Source: Abditibacteriaceae bacterium
GTDB lineage: Bacteria; Armatimonadota; Abditibacteriia; Abditibacteriales; Abditibacteriaceae
DNA length: 51,652 nt
Direction of reading: 5' to 3'
Assembly (NCBI GenBank): GCA_031425655.1
Contig: JANPJS010000222.1
Span: 1-51,652 of the forward strand
Part shown: one piece after another, positions 9,419 through 18,575 of the stretch
How positions within the stretch are numbered: the first letter of the stretch is position 1
How the letters are laid out: each line of letters begins with the position of its first letter
The notes under the pieces: model-generated
Told to the model about the DNA's origin: nothing
The model's database searches: none
Seen by the model: the letters and a program-made list of their open reading frames with translations, nothing else
Position numbers and translations under genes: made by a program

Positions 9419-9982
9419 ATGGCCAGCGCAGTTGCAATCAGTCCTTTAGTCGAGCAGTTGATGAAAATCGAAGGCAAAGCCGAAATCGTGGGCGGACAAA
9501 TCGTGGAGATGGAAATGACAGGAGATCATCCAAGCTACGCCGCAGGTGAAATCTTTTTTTCGCTGCGCCAATGGGTTCAACAAACAGAGGAAGGCCGCGC
9601 GGTGCAGGATGGCGCCGGCTTTCTATGCGAATTGCCGCATCGCCAGTCCTTCTCGCCGGATGCAGCCTATTACACCGGGCCGGCAGGTGAAATGGGCTTT
9701 TTCCCGGAGTCGCCAGTATTCGCCGCCGAAGTCCGCAGCGAGAACGATTATGGGCCGCAAGTCGAGCGCCGTCTGGCGCAAAAGCGCGCCGATTACTTTG
9801 CAGCCGGCACGCTTGTGGTGTGGGACGTTGACCTGCAAAACGACGAAGTCATCGCTAAATACAGCAGCGCCGCGCCCTTATCGCCGCAAATCTTCCGGCG
9901 CGGCGAAATTGCGGAAGCCGAACCTGCCGTGCCCGGCTGGAAACTGCCGGTTGATGCCTTGTTTGCTACGCGCACGCCCTGA
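9419..9982 (+). CDS. Uma2-family (DUF820) putative endonuclease
   Basis: KAEIVGG, SPDAAY, P.FAAEVRSEND, K.ADYFAAG..VVWDVD, EPAVPGW motifs; ATG 9419 with RBS ggagg. Confidence 0.88.
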   Translation: MASAVAISPLVEQLMKIEGKAEIVGGQIVEMEMTGDHPSYAAGEIFFSLRQWVQQTEEGRAVQDGAGFLCELPHRQSFSPDAAYYTGPAGEMGFFPESPVFAAEVRSENDYGPQVERRLAQKRADYFAAGTLVVWDVDLQNDEVIAKYSSAAPLSPQIFRRGEIAEAEPAVPGWKLPVDALFATRTP

Positions 9983-9990
9983 CTTCTTAG

Positions 9991-10167
9991 CTGGACTTTA
10001 TCCATTTGCTGCACCGCACTCGATATTTATCCGTGCGAAGCGGTTTTCACGCTCAGGACTTTTTGAATGTCGAGGTTTGAGAGCTACATTCAAAAAGTCC
10101 AAAAGCCCACAACGCTTCACGCACGGTTGAGCGTGAGCTTGAAATGACGCAAATGGATAAAGTCCAG
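9991..10167. mobile_element. MITE with perfect terminal inverted repeats
   Basis: 19-bp perfect TIR ctggactttatccatttgc/gcaaatggataaagtccag, CTTAG on both flanks, internal perfect 15-bp inverted repeat 10056-10070/10086-10100. Confidence 0.8.
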
Positions 10168-10171
10168 CTTA

Positions 10172-10336
10172 GACTCAGTCTGAAAAGTCCCCTCCCCTTG
10201 CCGTTTAAGGCGGGTGCCCTCTAGGCAGGTGTTAGGGTGGGGTTCTGTCGTTTTACCGAACCCTAACCCCATCCCCAACCCTTCCCCTTGATACGGCAAA
10301 GGGGAAGGGAGTCTCCGCCACTTTTCAGACTATCTC
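10172..10336. mobile_element. MITE-like element (same ends as 875-969) at the Ric-like gene stop codon
   Basis: agtctgaaaagt/acttttcagact ends, TTA on both flanks, internal tccccttg/aagggga REP-like hairpins and the 19-bp insert at 10211-10229. Confidence 0.75.
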
Positions 10337-11158
10337 TTAGGCGCTTTCCTCGGAAGCGGCTAAAGATAAAGCACGCGGGAAAATCACGTCTTCTTCGATG
10401 CTGAGGTGGCGTGCGATGGCGGTTTCGAGTTCGCCTAAATCATGCGCCAGCACGCGATAAGTGTTGCAAACGCCCGAAGGCGGCTGAAAATGATTGATCC
10501 AGCCGCGCAGCATTTTCAACGAAGCGCGCAGCATGATGTTTTCCGAATGCTGATGGCAAATCGAGCGCAGCAGGCTAATGGAGTAAGACAAGTCGCGCTT
10601 ACTTTCCGTCGCATCGGCGCCGGAAGTTTCGAGACATTTCAAAACCGGAAACAACGCGGTTTCTTCGCGCGTGATGTGACTTTCGATCTGCTCTTTCAAA
10701 TCCTCGAACAGCCCCTGCATCTCCCAAAACTCGGAAAACGCCGCGCCGTGATCGTCGGCCACGCGATCTACCAAATACGATAAACGCGGTATTTCATCGC
10801 GCAGAAATTGATGCGGGCCTTGCACAATGGCCTCAATCTGCTCCGAAAGCGAAGCGTGCGACCAATCAAAAGCTTCTTCGCTCGGCAACGCATCCGTCCT
10901 CGCGTCGCAGGCGCGCAAGTCGGACAAAACAGCTTCTGCGTCCACATCCTGTTCGCGGCACGCTTGCGCGACGGTGTGTTGGCCACAGCAATAACTCAAA
11001 CCCCATTTTTCAAACACGCGCGCCCTCGCCGGACGCTCGGCCACCATCTGCGCGACGGTTTCCTCGTGCCTCATCGCGGCCTGCCCGCTAATCACGATCA
11101 GCTGCCCGGCGGCGCGGCTGCTCTTCAAAGCGAAAAAATTTATCAGATGTTTCCTCAT
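10337..11158 (-). CDS. Ric/YtfE/ScdA-like di-iron protein (DUF542 + hemerythrin)
   Basis: GLSYCCG N-terminal motif; H, HxxxEE..LFP, H and HxxxE..IFP ligand pattern. Start uncertain (ATG 11158 or 11074). Confidence 0.85.
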   Translation of the reverse strand: MRKHLINFFALKSSRAAGQLIVISGQAAMRHEETVAQMVAERPARARVFEKWGLSYCCGQHTVAQACREQDVDAEAVLSDLRACDARTDALPSEEAFDWSHASLSEQIEAIVQGPHQFLRDEIPRLSYLVDRVADDHGAAFSEFWEMQGLFEDLKEQIESHITREETALFPVLKCLETSGADATESKRDLSYSISLLRSICHQHSENIMLRASLKMLRGWINHFQPPSGVCNTYRVLAHDLGELETAIARHLSIEEDVIFPRALSLAASEESA

Positions 11159-11165
11159 GAGGTGC

Positions 11166-11211
11166 AGTCTGCCGCCACGCGGGGCGGGTTTCATCGGCGA
11201 AACGGCGGATT
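11166..11211 (-). promoter_or_regulatory. Palindromic activator box plus -10 (CAGACT) for the Ric-like gene
   Basis: Minus strand AATCCGCCGTTTCGCCGATG (11211-11192), 21-nt spacer, CAGACT (11171-11166). Confidence 0.68.
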
Positions 11212-11219
11212 ATGCCCGT

Positions 11220-11702
11220 TTAGCCGAAGTAATCGGATTCCCGATAAAGCAGTGGAGGCCGGTCGTGTGTTGCGGAGTTGATAACTTCGCCGATAAAAAG
11301 TGAACACAATCCTAAATCGTGGACTGCGATTAAGCGGCATTCGAGATAGGCGCTGCAGTCTTTAAGAATCGGTGCGCCGGTGAGTGCGGTTTCGCATTCC
11401 AGAGCGGCGAACTTGTTGACATCGCGTCCGGTTCGCAACCCGAAATGGCCGCCCAACATTTCCTGTCCCTGCGCCAAGACGTTGACCACAAAGGCTTTGC
11501 TTTCGCAGATGAAATCGTGCGTGTAGCGCCGTTTGGCGATGGACAGCGCCACGCACGGCGGGCGCAGCGAAACCTGACTGACCATGCGCAGCGTGAGGGC
11601 GTTGATCTCGTCGCCGCGCCGTGCGCTGACCACGTAAACGCCGTAACTCAGGCGACGCAAAGCCGCGCGATTCTGGTGAGAGGAAGCCGGTGGCGTGTTC
11701 AT
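11220..11702 (-). CDS. Flavin reductase family protein (FlaRed/DIM6-NTAB)
   Basis: YGVYVVS, QVSLRPP, FVVNVL, G+..GR.VNKF, GAPIL, LECR and LFIGEV motifs; 4-nt overlap with the regulator gene. Confidence 0.88.
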   Translation of the reverse strand: MNTPPASSHQNRAALRRLSYGVYVVSARRGDEINALTLRMVSQVSLRPPCVALSIAKRRYTHDFICESKAFVVNVLAQGQEMLGGHFGLRTGRDVNKFAALECETALTGAPILKDCSAYLECRLIAVHDLGLCSLFIGEVINSATHDRPPLLYRESDYFG

Positions 11703-12376
11703 GGTGCTTTGTCCACAGGCTCAGCTGCTGCCAGCCCGTGTCGCGCCGCCCAAACCGCCGCCTGCACGCGGTCGGAAACGCCCAGTTTGTGGATGATATG
11801 CTCGACGTGGGTTTTGACGGTGCTTTCGGAAATGAACAAGAGCGGCGCGATTTCTTTGTTGGACAGCCCGGTTGAAAGCAGGCGCAGCACTTCGATTTCG
11901 CGCTCGGAAAGCGGCTGGATCAAATCTTTCGCGAGCGCCGCGCTTTGGCTGACGCCGCGCAAAATGCGCGCTAAATCTTTAGCTTCGAGCAGCGTTTCGC
12001 CGCCCGCGACTTTACGAAGCGCATCCAATAACTCGTCGCGCTCAACGCCTTTAAGGACGTAACCCGCCGCGCCGCCCGCGACGGCGCGAGCCATGTAAGT
12101 CGGATTGTCGTAAGTCGTCAGCATCACGACCGAAGTGCCGGGATTTTGCGCTTTGATGACGCCAAGTGCATCCAATCCGTCGCCGCCGGCCATGCGAATA
12201 TCCAGCAAAACCAAACGCGGCTCCAGTTCGCGCACCCGTTCGGCACCTTCCGGCCCGGACGAGGCTTCGCCGACAACATAAAACTCGGTGTCGTCCAACA
12301 TACTTTTCACGCCGCCGCGCCAGATGGCGTGATCGTCCACCAGCAGCACGGTGATTTTAGCAGAAGTTTCGCTCAT
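11699..12376 (-). CDS. NarL/LuxR-family response regulator (DosR/DevR-like context)
   Basis: REC (LLVDDH, LLDIRM, GYVLK) plus LuxR HTH (LSEREIEVL..GLSNKEIA..LFISESTVKTHV). Confidence 0.93.
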   Translation of the reverse strand: MSETSAKITVLLVDDHAIWRGGVKSMLDDTEFYVVGEASSGPEGAERVRELEPRLVLLDIRMAGGDGLDALGVIKAQNPGTSVVMLTTYDNPTYMARAVAGGAAGYVLKGVERDELLDALRKVAGGETLLEAKDLARILRGVSQSAALAKDLIQPLSEREIEVLRLLSTGLSNKEIAPLLFISESTVKTHVEHIIHKLGVSDRVQAAVWAARHGLAAAEPVDKAP

Positions 12377-13956
12377 GAATTTTCACTTTCTTCCTGTGGC
12401 GCGAGAGCCACAAAGCGAGCGCGCAGCGTGGTGCCGACGCCCGGCGCTGAGTGCAATTCAAGGCTTCCGCCCAATAAATGCACACGCTCGATGATGCCCT
12501 GCAAACCAACGTGGCCGGATGCGCCGATGCGCTCTCTGGTGTTGAAGCCGATGCCCCAGTCGCGCATTTCAAAGCACAGTTGTTCGCCGCTCTGCAGCAG
12601 TTTCATTTGCACGCGCGGCGTTTGGGCGTGGCGTCGCGCATTGGTGAGAGCTTCCTGCGCGATGCGATAAACGCCGGTTTCCAGCGTGCGGTCAAAACGC
12701 GCATCGCCGATGTTGTCAACGAAATCGGCTGCTTGCCAGGCGGCTCGTGCCTTTTCTTCTTGTAAAAGTTGCTCAAGCGCGCCGGTGAGTCCTAAATCGT
12801 CCAAAGCCAACAAACGCAGGCCATTGACCAAGCGGCGCGATTCGACAACCGCTTCTTTGAGATATTGCAAGCCCTGCTCTAATTCGCGCGCGGCTTTGTC
12901 TTCTCTGCCGGTCGCGTGGGCGCGCTTAAAGGCTTCCAAATGCGCGTGAGAAGCCATCACAAACTGCGTCAGGCCGTCGTGCAAATCGTAAGCGACGGCG
13001 CGGCGCTCTTCTTCCTGCGCGGCGATGAGGCTGGAAACCAAAGAACGCTGCTGCGCCAGCAACTGCAGATTATGAATCGCCACCGCCGCGTGCGCGCCCA
13101 AAGCCTGCACCGCCACTTCGTCGGCTTCGGTAAACACGCCGCCGCCCTGCTTGTTGGTCAGGTAAAGACTGCCCACTACCACGTCGCCGCGACGAATCGG
13201 CACGCCTAAAAACGAATCCATCGGCGGATGATGATCGGGAAAGCCAACCGAAGCCGGATGCTCGCTGAGGGTGTCAATGCGAAGCGGCTCACTGCGTTCA
13301 AGCAGCAAACCAAGAATGCCGCGACCGCGCGGCAACGGGCCGATGACGGCTTCTTCTTCCGGTGTCAGGCCGACCGTGATGAACTGCTTCAAACCGCCGC
13401 CATCCTCGCGTGCCACGCCCAGCGCTGCGTAACGCGCGCCGGCCAAAACGCGCGCGGCGTCGGCGATGTGGCGCAGGGCTTCAGCCCCGGTGCGGCTGGT
13501 AAGAATATCCAGTGCAACGCGATTGGCGGCTTCCATCACGACGGCGCGATGGCGCGCTCCAGCTTCCATTTCCAGCACGGCGCGTTCGGCCTGACGGCGC
13601 TCGGAAATGTTACGCATCAGAGCCAAAGCGCCTGAAACGGCGCTGCTTCCGTCGCGCAGCGGCGTGAGCGACATTTGCACGTCTAAGCGGCTGCCGTCTT
13701 GCGTCACGCGCACGGTTTCAAAGCGCCCGACGGCCTCGCCTGCTGCGATATGGCGCGCGATTTCGCGGCTTTCGCGCGCCACTTCGGGCGGCGATAAAAC
13801 TTCCAGCGCTTGCCCGATGATTTCGTCGGCGCTGTAGCCGAAAATTTCGGTTGCGCTGCGGTTCCAACTCGCAATCGCGCCCTCCGTCGTCACGCCGATA
13901 ATGGCGTCGTCGCAGGCTTCTAAAAGGGCTGCCAGTTGCTGAGCGTGCTGTCCCAT
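12373..13956 (-). CDS. PAS + GAF sensor histidine kinase (HisKA_3), DosS/DevS-like
   Basis: N-terminal PAS; GAF with EHPASVGFPDHHPPMDSFLGVPI and GSLYLT; EERRAVAYDLHD H-box; QEALTNARRHA; GLQGIIERV. Confidence 0.9.
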   Translation of the reverse strand: MGQHAQQLAALLEACDDAIIGVTTEGAIASWNRSATEIFGYSADEIIGQALEVLSPPEVARESREIARHIAAGEAVGRFETVRVTQDGSRLDVQMSLTPLRDGSSAVSGALALMRNISERRQAERAVLEMEAGARHRAVVMEAANRVALDILTSRTGAEALRHIADAARVLAGARYAALGVAREDGGGLKQFITVGLTPEEEAVIGPLPRGRGILGLLLERSEPLRIDTLSEHPASVGFPDHHPPMDSFLGVPIRRGDVVVGSLYLTNKQGGGVFTEADEVAVQALGAHAAVAIHNLQLLAQQRSLVSSLIAAQEEERRAVAYDLHDGLTQFVMASHAHLEAFKRAHATGREDKAARELEQGLQYLKEAVVESRRLVNGLRLLALDDLGLTGALEQLLQEEKARAAWQAADFVDNIGDARFDRTLETGVYRIAQEALTNARRHAQTPRVQMKLLQSGEQLCFEMRDWGIGFNTRERIGASGHVGLQGIIERVHLLGGSLELHSAPGVGTTLRARFVALAPQEESENS

Positions 13957-15783
13957 TTACATTTCCCAGTGTTCGGGCGAGCGCCACAAGCTCGACAAAG
14001 TCAAGTCGCGCACGCTGAGCAATTCTTTAGGCAAGCGGTCGTAGAGGCGAATAAACAGTTCCTCGTGCGAGAGGATTTCTGCGTTCCACTCTGCGCGGTC
14101 AACGGCCATTAAATCATTGAAGCGCCGACGATCAAAGTCTTCCATGCCGCTCCAGTCCAAGTCTTCATAACGCGGCATCCAGCCAATCGGCCCTTCGATG
14201 CTGACGGCGTGGCCATTGGCGCGCTCGACGATCCATTTCAGCACGCGCATATTTTCGCCGAAGCCGGGCCACAGAAACTTGCCTTCGTCGTCGGTGCGAA
14301 ACCAGTTCACGGTAAAGATGCGCGGAGGGTTGGGAATCGCGCGTCCAAATTGCAGCCAGTGACTGAAGTAATCGCCCATATGATAGCCGCAAAACGGCAG
14401 CATCGCAAACGGATCGCGCCGCACAACGCCGGTTTTGCCGGCAGCGGCAGCCGTAGTTTCGCTGCCCATCGTGGCCGCCGAATATACGCCGTAAGTCCAG
14501 TTAAACGCCTGATAAACAAGGGGCATCAAGGTGCTGCGCCGACCGCCGAAAACAAAGGCTTTAATCGGCACGCCCTGCGGGTTTTCCCACTCGGCGTCAA
14601 TCGAAGGACACTGCGAAACTGGCGCCGTAAAACGCGCGTTGGGATGCGCGGCTTTGCGTCCGGAGTCGGGCGTCCAGTCCTGTCCTTTCCAGTCTTTTAG
14701 ATGAGCGGGCTTTTCCTGCGTCATGCCGTCCCACCACACGTCGCCGTCATCGGTCAGCGCCACATTCGTGAAAATCGTGTTGGCGCGCAGCGATTCCATG
14801 GCGTTCGGATTCGTTTCATAAGAAGTGCCGGGCGCCACGCCGAAATAACCGGCTTCGGGATTAATCGCGTAAAGCTTGCCGTCCTCGCCCGGCTTAATCC
14901 ACGCGATGTCGTCGCCGACCGTCGTCACTTTCCAGCCTTCCATGCTTTCGGGCGGAACCAGCATAGCGAAGTTGGTTTTGCCGCACGCGCTGGGAAAAGC
15001 CGCCGCAACGTAGGTCTTCTCGCCCTGCGGCGACTCGACGCCCAAAATCAGCATATGCTCGGCCAGCCAGCCTTGATCGCGCGCCATATTGGACGCGATA
15101 CGCAAGGCAAAGCATTTTTTGCCCAACAGCGCGTTACCGCCATAACCGCTGCCGTAGCTCCAAATGGCGCGCTCTTCGGGAAAATGCACGATGTATTTTC
15201 GCGCCTTGTTGCACGGCCACGGCACGTCTGTCTGCCCTTCTTCGAGCGGCATTCCAACGGAGTGTAGGCAGGGAATGAATTCGCCGCCTTCGCCCAGCAC
15301 ATCCAAAACCGCGCGGCCCATGCGCGTCATGATTTTCATGTTAACCGCGACGTAAGGCGAATCGCTCAGCTCAACGCCAATGTGCGCTATCGGCGAGCCG
15401 AGCGGCCCCATCGAAAAAGGGATCACATACATCGTGCGTCCCTTCATGCAGCCGTCGAACAAGCGCGTCAGCGTCTCCTTCATTTCGCGCGGAGCTACCC
15501 AGTTGTTAGTCGGGCCGGCGCCGGCCTTGCTGACGCTGCAAATGAAAGTCTGGTCTTCGACACGCGCGACATCATCAGGATCGGAACGCGCCAAAAAGCT
15601 GTTCGGACGCAGCGCGTCGTTCAAGCGCACAAATGTCCCGCTTTCCACCAGTTGATCGCACAAGCGGTCGTATTCTTCAGGAGAGCCGTCGCACCAATAA
15701 ACGGCATCGGGGTGGCAAAGCGCCGCCATTTCCTGCACCCATTGAATCAGCGCGGCATGGCGAACGTAAATCGGGGTGTCCAT
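13957..15783 (-). CDS. pckG: Phosphoenolpyruvate carboxykinase (GTP)
   Basis: [49 protein letters not shown] and [11 protein letters not shown] motifs. Confidence 0.97.
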   Translation of the reverse strand: MDTPIYVRHAALIQWVQEMAALCHPDAVYWCDGSPEEYDRLCDQLVESGTFVRLNDALRPNSFLARSDPDDVARVEDQTFICSVSKAGAGPTNNWVAPREMKETLTRLFDGCMKGRTMYVIPFSMGPLGSPIAHIGVELSDSPYVAVNMKIMTRMGRAVLDVLGEGGEFIPCLHSVGMPLEEGQTDVPWPCNKARKYIVHFPEERAIWSYGSGYGGNALLGKKCFALRIASNMARDQGWLAEHMLILGVESPQGEKTYVAAAFPSACGKTNFAMLVPPESMEGWKVTTVGDDIAWIKPGEDGKLYAINPEAGYFGVAPGTSYETNPNAMESLRANTIFTNVALTDDGDVWWDGMTQEKPAHLKDWKGQDWTPDSGRKAAHPNARFTAPVSQCPSIDAEWENPQGVPIKAFVFGGRRSTLMPLVYQAFNWTYGVYSAATMGSETTAAAAGKTGVVRRDPFAMLPFCGYHMGDYFSHWLQFGRAIPNPPRIFTVNWFRTDDEGKFLWPGFGENMRVLKWIVERANGHAVSIEGPIGWMPRYEDLDWSGMEDFDRRRFNDLMAVDRAEWNAEILSHEELFIRLYDRLPKELLSVRDLTLSSLWRSPEHWEM

Positions 15784-15824
15784 AAAAATTCCTTTTGTCC
15801 AACGGACTCGTCGAACACAAAGGA

Positions 15825-15870
15825 AGTGTGTTCTGCGTCGTTACGAATTCCATCCGCTATCCGGCGGATT
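15825..15870 (-). promoter_or_regulatory. Palindromic activator box plus -10 (CACACT) for the pckG-kinase-regulator operon
   Basis: Minus strand AATCCGCCGGATAGCGGATG (15870-15851), 21-nt spacer, CACACT (15830-15825). Confidence 0.7.
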
Positions 15871-15901
15871 TCACCATCGTATTTCTTGAACGCTGCCCGT
15901 C

Positions 15902-16369
15902 CTATTCCGGCGCCGGGGTGAGGGGGAAAGCACACAGTTTCTCTTCGGAAGCCGCCTTCGTGCGGGGCGAGGGTGCTTCCAATAGTTCGGCAATTGTGGT
16001 CGCCCGACATTGCTCTTCAATAAGCGCCATCGCGTCATCCAACCGTTTGTGCAACGGGCACAGATTGGCGCCGTGCGCGTCCAGTCCCAGAGGGCAGTTG
16101 CGGATACGCTGAATCGGGTCAACAGCTTGAATCACTTCGAGCAGCGAAGTCTCCTGCGCCGCTTTTACCAGACGAAAGCCGCCGCCTATCCCACGCTGAG
16201 ACGTGATAAGCCCGGCCCGGCTTAAGCTCTGCAATACCTTCGATAAATAACCTGCCGGAACGCGCGTCCCCGCCGCGATTTGCCCCACCGTCTGCGACTC
16301 CTCTTCCCCTGAAGCTAAATGCACAACAGCCCGCAGCGCATACTCGGCGGTTTGAGAAAACATGGCCAT
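15902..16369 (-). CDS. Rrf2-family transcriptional regulator
   Basis: SQTAEYALRA, YLSKVLQ.L, S.RG.GGGF.L motifs; C-terminal CPLG..AH...LCPLH. Confidence 0.93.
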   Translation of the reverse strand: MAMFSQTAEYALRAVVHLASGEEESQTVGQIAAGTRVPAGYLSKVLQSLSRAGLITSQRGIGGGFRLVKAAQETSLLEVIQAVDPIQRIRNCPLGLDAHGANLCPLHKRLDDAMALIEEQCRATTIAELLEAPSPRTKAASEEKLCAFPLTPAPE

Positions 16370-16397
16370 AACTTTTACGTTCTCCTGAAATAATACC

Positions 16398-16427
16398 TTG
16401 ACATCCAGTTTAGCACACCCCTATAAT
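16398..16427 (+). promoter_or_regulatory. Sigma70 consensus promoter for the hmp operon
   Basis: TTGACA (16398-16403), 18 nt, TATAAT (16422-16427). Confidence 0.85.
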
Positions 16428-16434
16428 TCCCCTT

Positions 16435-16456
16435 AATTAGACATATTTGTCCGATT
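16435..16456. promoter_or_regulatory. Probable Rrf2 operator
   Basis: Imperfect palindrome AATTAGACA-TATT-TGTCCGATT immediately downstream of the predicted start site, in the divergent intergenic region. Confidence 0.6.
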
Positions 16457-16488
16457 TCTATATTTCATAGAAAAAAGAGAGAAAAACC

Positions 16489-16881
16489 ATGAATGAGCAG
16501 GAAAAGCGGCTGCGCGCGCATCCCACCGAGCGATTCGCCGGAGACAGTCACGTTTTTGATTTGAAGGCGGCGCTGGAGGCCTTGCGCGCCGAAGCGCATT
16601 CGGGGAAAAGCGGTCATCGTCAGGTCACGATTTTTCATCGCGCGCCTGTCACACAGGTGCTTTTTGCCTTCGATGCGGGCGGGGAACTGGCCGACCATGC
16701 GGCCAACGGTTTGGTCACGATTCACGTTTTGGACGGGCATTTAACGGTGCAGGCGGCAGAGCAAACACACGAACTCGAAGCGGGCCGGATGGTTGTGTTA
16801 TCGCCCGGCGTGCGCCACAGCGTTCGTGCTGCAAAAGGCGGCGCCATGCTGCTCACGGTGCATTTGGAGAGCGGTAAATGA
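16489..16881 (+). CDS. Cupin-domain protein
   Basis: F.FDAGGELADH.A.G.VTIHVLDG and PGVRHSVRA motifs. Confidence 0.85.
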   Translation: MNEQEKRLRAHPTERFAGDSHVFDLKAALEALRAEAHSGKSGHRQVTIFHRAPVTQVLFAFDAGGELADHAANGLVTIHVLDGHLTVQAAEQTHELEAGRMVVLSPGVRHSVRAAKGGAMLLTVHLESGK

Positions 16882-17333
16882 TGCTGCTGACAGCATTTTG
16901 CTTTGTGTGGGCGGGCATGGTGCTGGGCATTTCGTTTCTGGAAACGCCGGTTAAATTCACCGCGCCCAGCGTGACTTTGCCGATTGGCTTAGATGTCGGG
17001 CGCCATGTTTTTGGCGTTTTCAACAAAGTCGAAATCGCTGCGGCGCTACTGATCTGTGGCTTGTTAATCGGGATGCGCCCGCAGCGCGTGGTTTGGCTGC
17101 CGTTAGCTTTCGTTGCGCTCGTTGTGGCGCTGCAAAGCGTGTGGCTGCTGCCCGTTCTCGATGCTCGCGTCGGGATGATTTTAGCCCGCCAAATACCGCC
17201 TCCCGCGCCGTATCACATTGTTTATGTCGGGCTGGAGTTCTTGAAATTAACGTGCCTTCTGGTGGCCGGCGCGTTGTGCTTAAAAACTCCTGATTTTCGC
17301 CGTGCAACGCCGTTTGCCACCAAAGAAAATTAA
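16878..17333 (+). CDS. Conserved four-helix membrane protein of unknown function
   Basis: GISFLETPVKF.AP, GR.VF..FN..E, WLLP.LD.R and H..YV..E..K motifs; four hydrophobic segments; ATGA coupling to the cupin gene. Confidence 0.8.
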   Translation: MMLLTAFCFVWAGMVLGISFLETPVKFTAPSVTLPIGLDVGRHVFGVFNKVEIAAALLICGLLIGMRPQRVVWLPLAFVALVVALQSVWLLPVLDARVGMILARQIPPPAPYHIVYVGLEFLKLTCLLVAGALCLKTPDFRRATPFATKEN

Positions 17334-17347
17334 TGGAGCCTTGAATT

Positions 17348-18550
17348 ATGCTGTCCGCAGAAGCCCGTCCTTACATTGATGCCAGCGTTCCTGTTTTGCG
17401 TGAACACGGCGTTACGATTACACGCACGTTTTATCGCAATATGTTTGCGGAGTATCCGGAATTCACCAACCTGTTCAACATGGGAAATCAGGCGAACGGC
17501 TCACAGCAGCAAGCCCTCGCTGCCGCCGTATTTGCTTACGCTGCCAATTACGGAAACGCCGAAGCACTGGCGCCGGTTGTCGAGCGCATTGTGCATAAGC
17601 ACGTTTCAGTCGGCATCACGGCGGGTCATTATCCGATTGTTGGCCGCCATCTTTTGGGCGCCATCGAGCAAACGCTGGGCGAAGCGGCCACGCCGCCCCT
17701 GATGGCCGCCTGGCGCGAGGCTTATGGCCTGCTCGCCGATGCTCTGATTACTGCGGAAAAGGCGCTTTATGCCGAGCTACACATACAGCCCGGCGATTTT
17801 GAAAAAATGCGCGTCGTTGATGTGCAGGTTCAAAGCGAACTGGTGACTTCGTTCACTCTGCAGCCCGAAGACAACGACCGAGCGATTCAATTCAAGCCGG
17901 GACAATATGTGACTGTTGCCGTCAATCTGGGCGAAGGCCGGCGCCAGATGCGCCAATACAGCCTGTCCGATGCGCCGGGTAAAAACTCGCTGCGATTGTC
18001 GGTCAAGCGCCAACCCGCAGACGCGGAAATTCCGGCGGGACAAATCTCGAACTGGCTGCACGATAATCTCACGACAGAAAGCGTGCTGGAAGTAGGCGTT
18101 CCGGTGGGCGAATTCACGCCCGACGCCGAAGGCACCGAGCCGATTGTCTTGCTTTCGGCAGGCATCGGCATTACGCCGATGATTTCGGTGCTCAATCGCA
18201 TCGCGGAAGTTCACCCGCAGCGCATGGTCATTTTCGGCCACGCCACGCGCGACAAAGCCAATCACTCCCATCGCTCTGATGTGGGGCAAGCGCAAAAATT
18301 GATGCCGAATCTTCGCGTCGTCACGTTTTACGAAAGGCCCGATGTCGAAGATTTGAGCGAAACCGTGCGAGACGGGCACATGGATATTGCGGCGCTTGGT
18401 GACTGGCCGCGAGCCGATACCAATGTTTATTTGTGCGGGCCGCTGCCTTTCATGCAGATTCAATGGCAGCATCTAATCGAAGCCGGCGTGCCCGCTTCCA
18501 ACTTGCACCGCGAAATCTTCGGCCCCGAAATGCTGGATCACTTGTTGTAA
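17348..18550 (+). CDS. hmp: Flavohaemoglobin (NO dioxygenase)
   Basis: Globin (FY B10, FNMGNQ, IVHKH, HYPIVG) plus FAD (PGQYV, RQYSLSD) and NAD (AGIGITPM, YLCGP.PFM, EIFGP) domains. Confidence 0.93.
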   Translation: MLSAEARPYIDASVPVLREHGVTITRTFYRNMFAEYPEFTNLFNMGNQANGSQQQALAAAVFAYAANYGNAEALAPVVERIVHKHVSVGITAGHYPIVGRHLLGAIEQTLGEAATPPLMAAWREAYGLLADALITAEKALYAELHIQPGDFEKMRVVDVQVQSELVTSFTLQPEDNDRAIQFKPGQYVTVAVNLGEGRRQMRQYSLSDAPGKNSLRLSVKRQPADAEIPAGQISNWLHDNLTTESVLEVGVPVGEFTPDAEGTEPIVLLSAGIGITPMISVLNRIAEVHPQRMVIFGHATRDKANHSHRSDVGQAQKLMPNLRVVTFYERPDVEDLSETVRDGHMDIAALGDWPRADTNVYLCGPLPFMQIQWQHLIEAGVPASNLHREIFGPEMLDHLL

Positions 18551-18575
18551 TTGAAAACGCAACGGAGCCTTGCTG

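Noticed and set aside
9419..9982. Uma2 nuclease as a defence system or as the mobiliser of the neighbouring MITEs
   Set aside because: Stand-alone Uma2 genes are common, no partner genes are present, and the family is not a known transposase.
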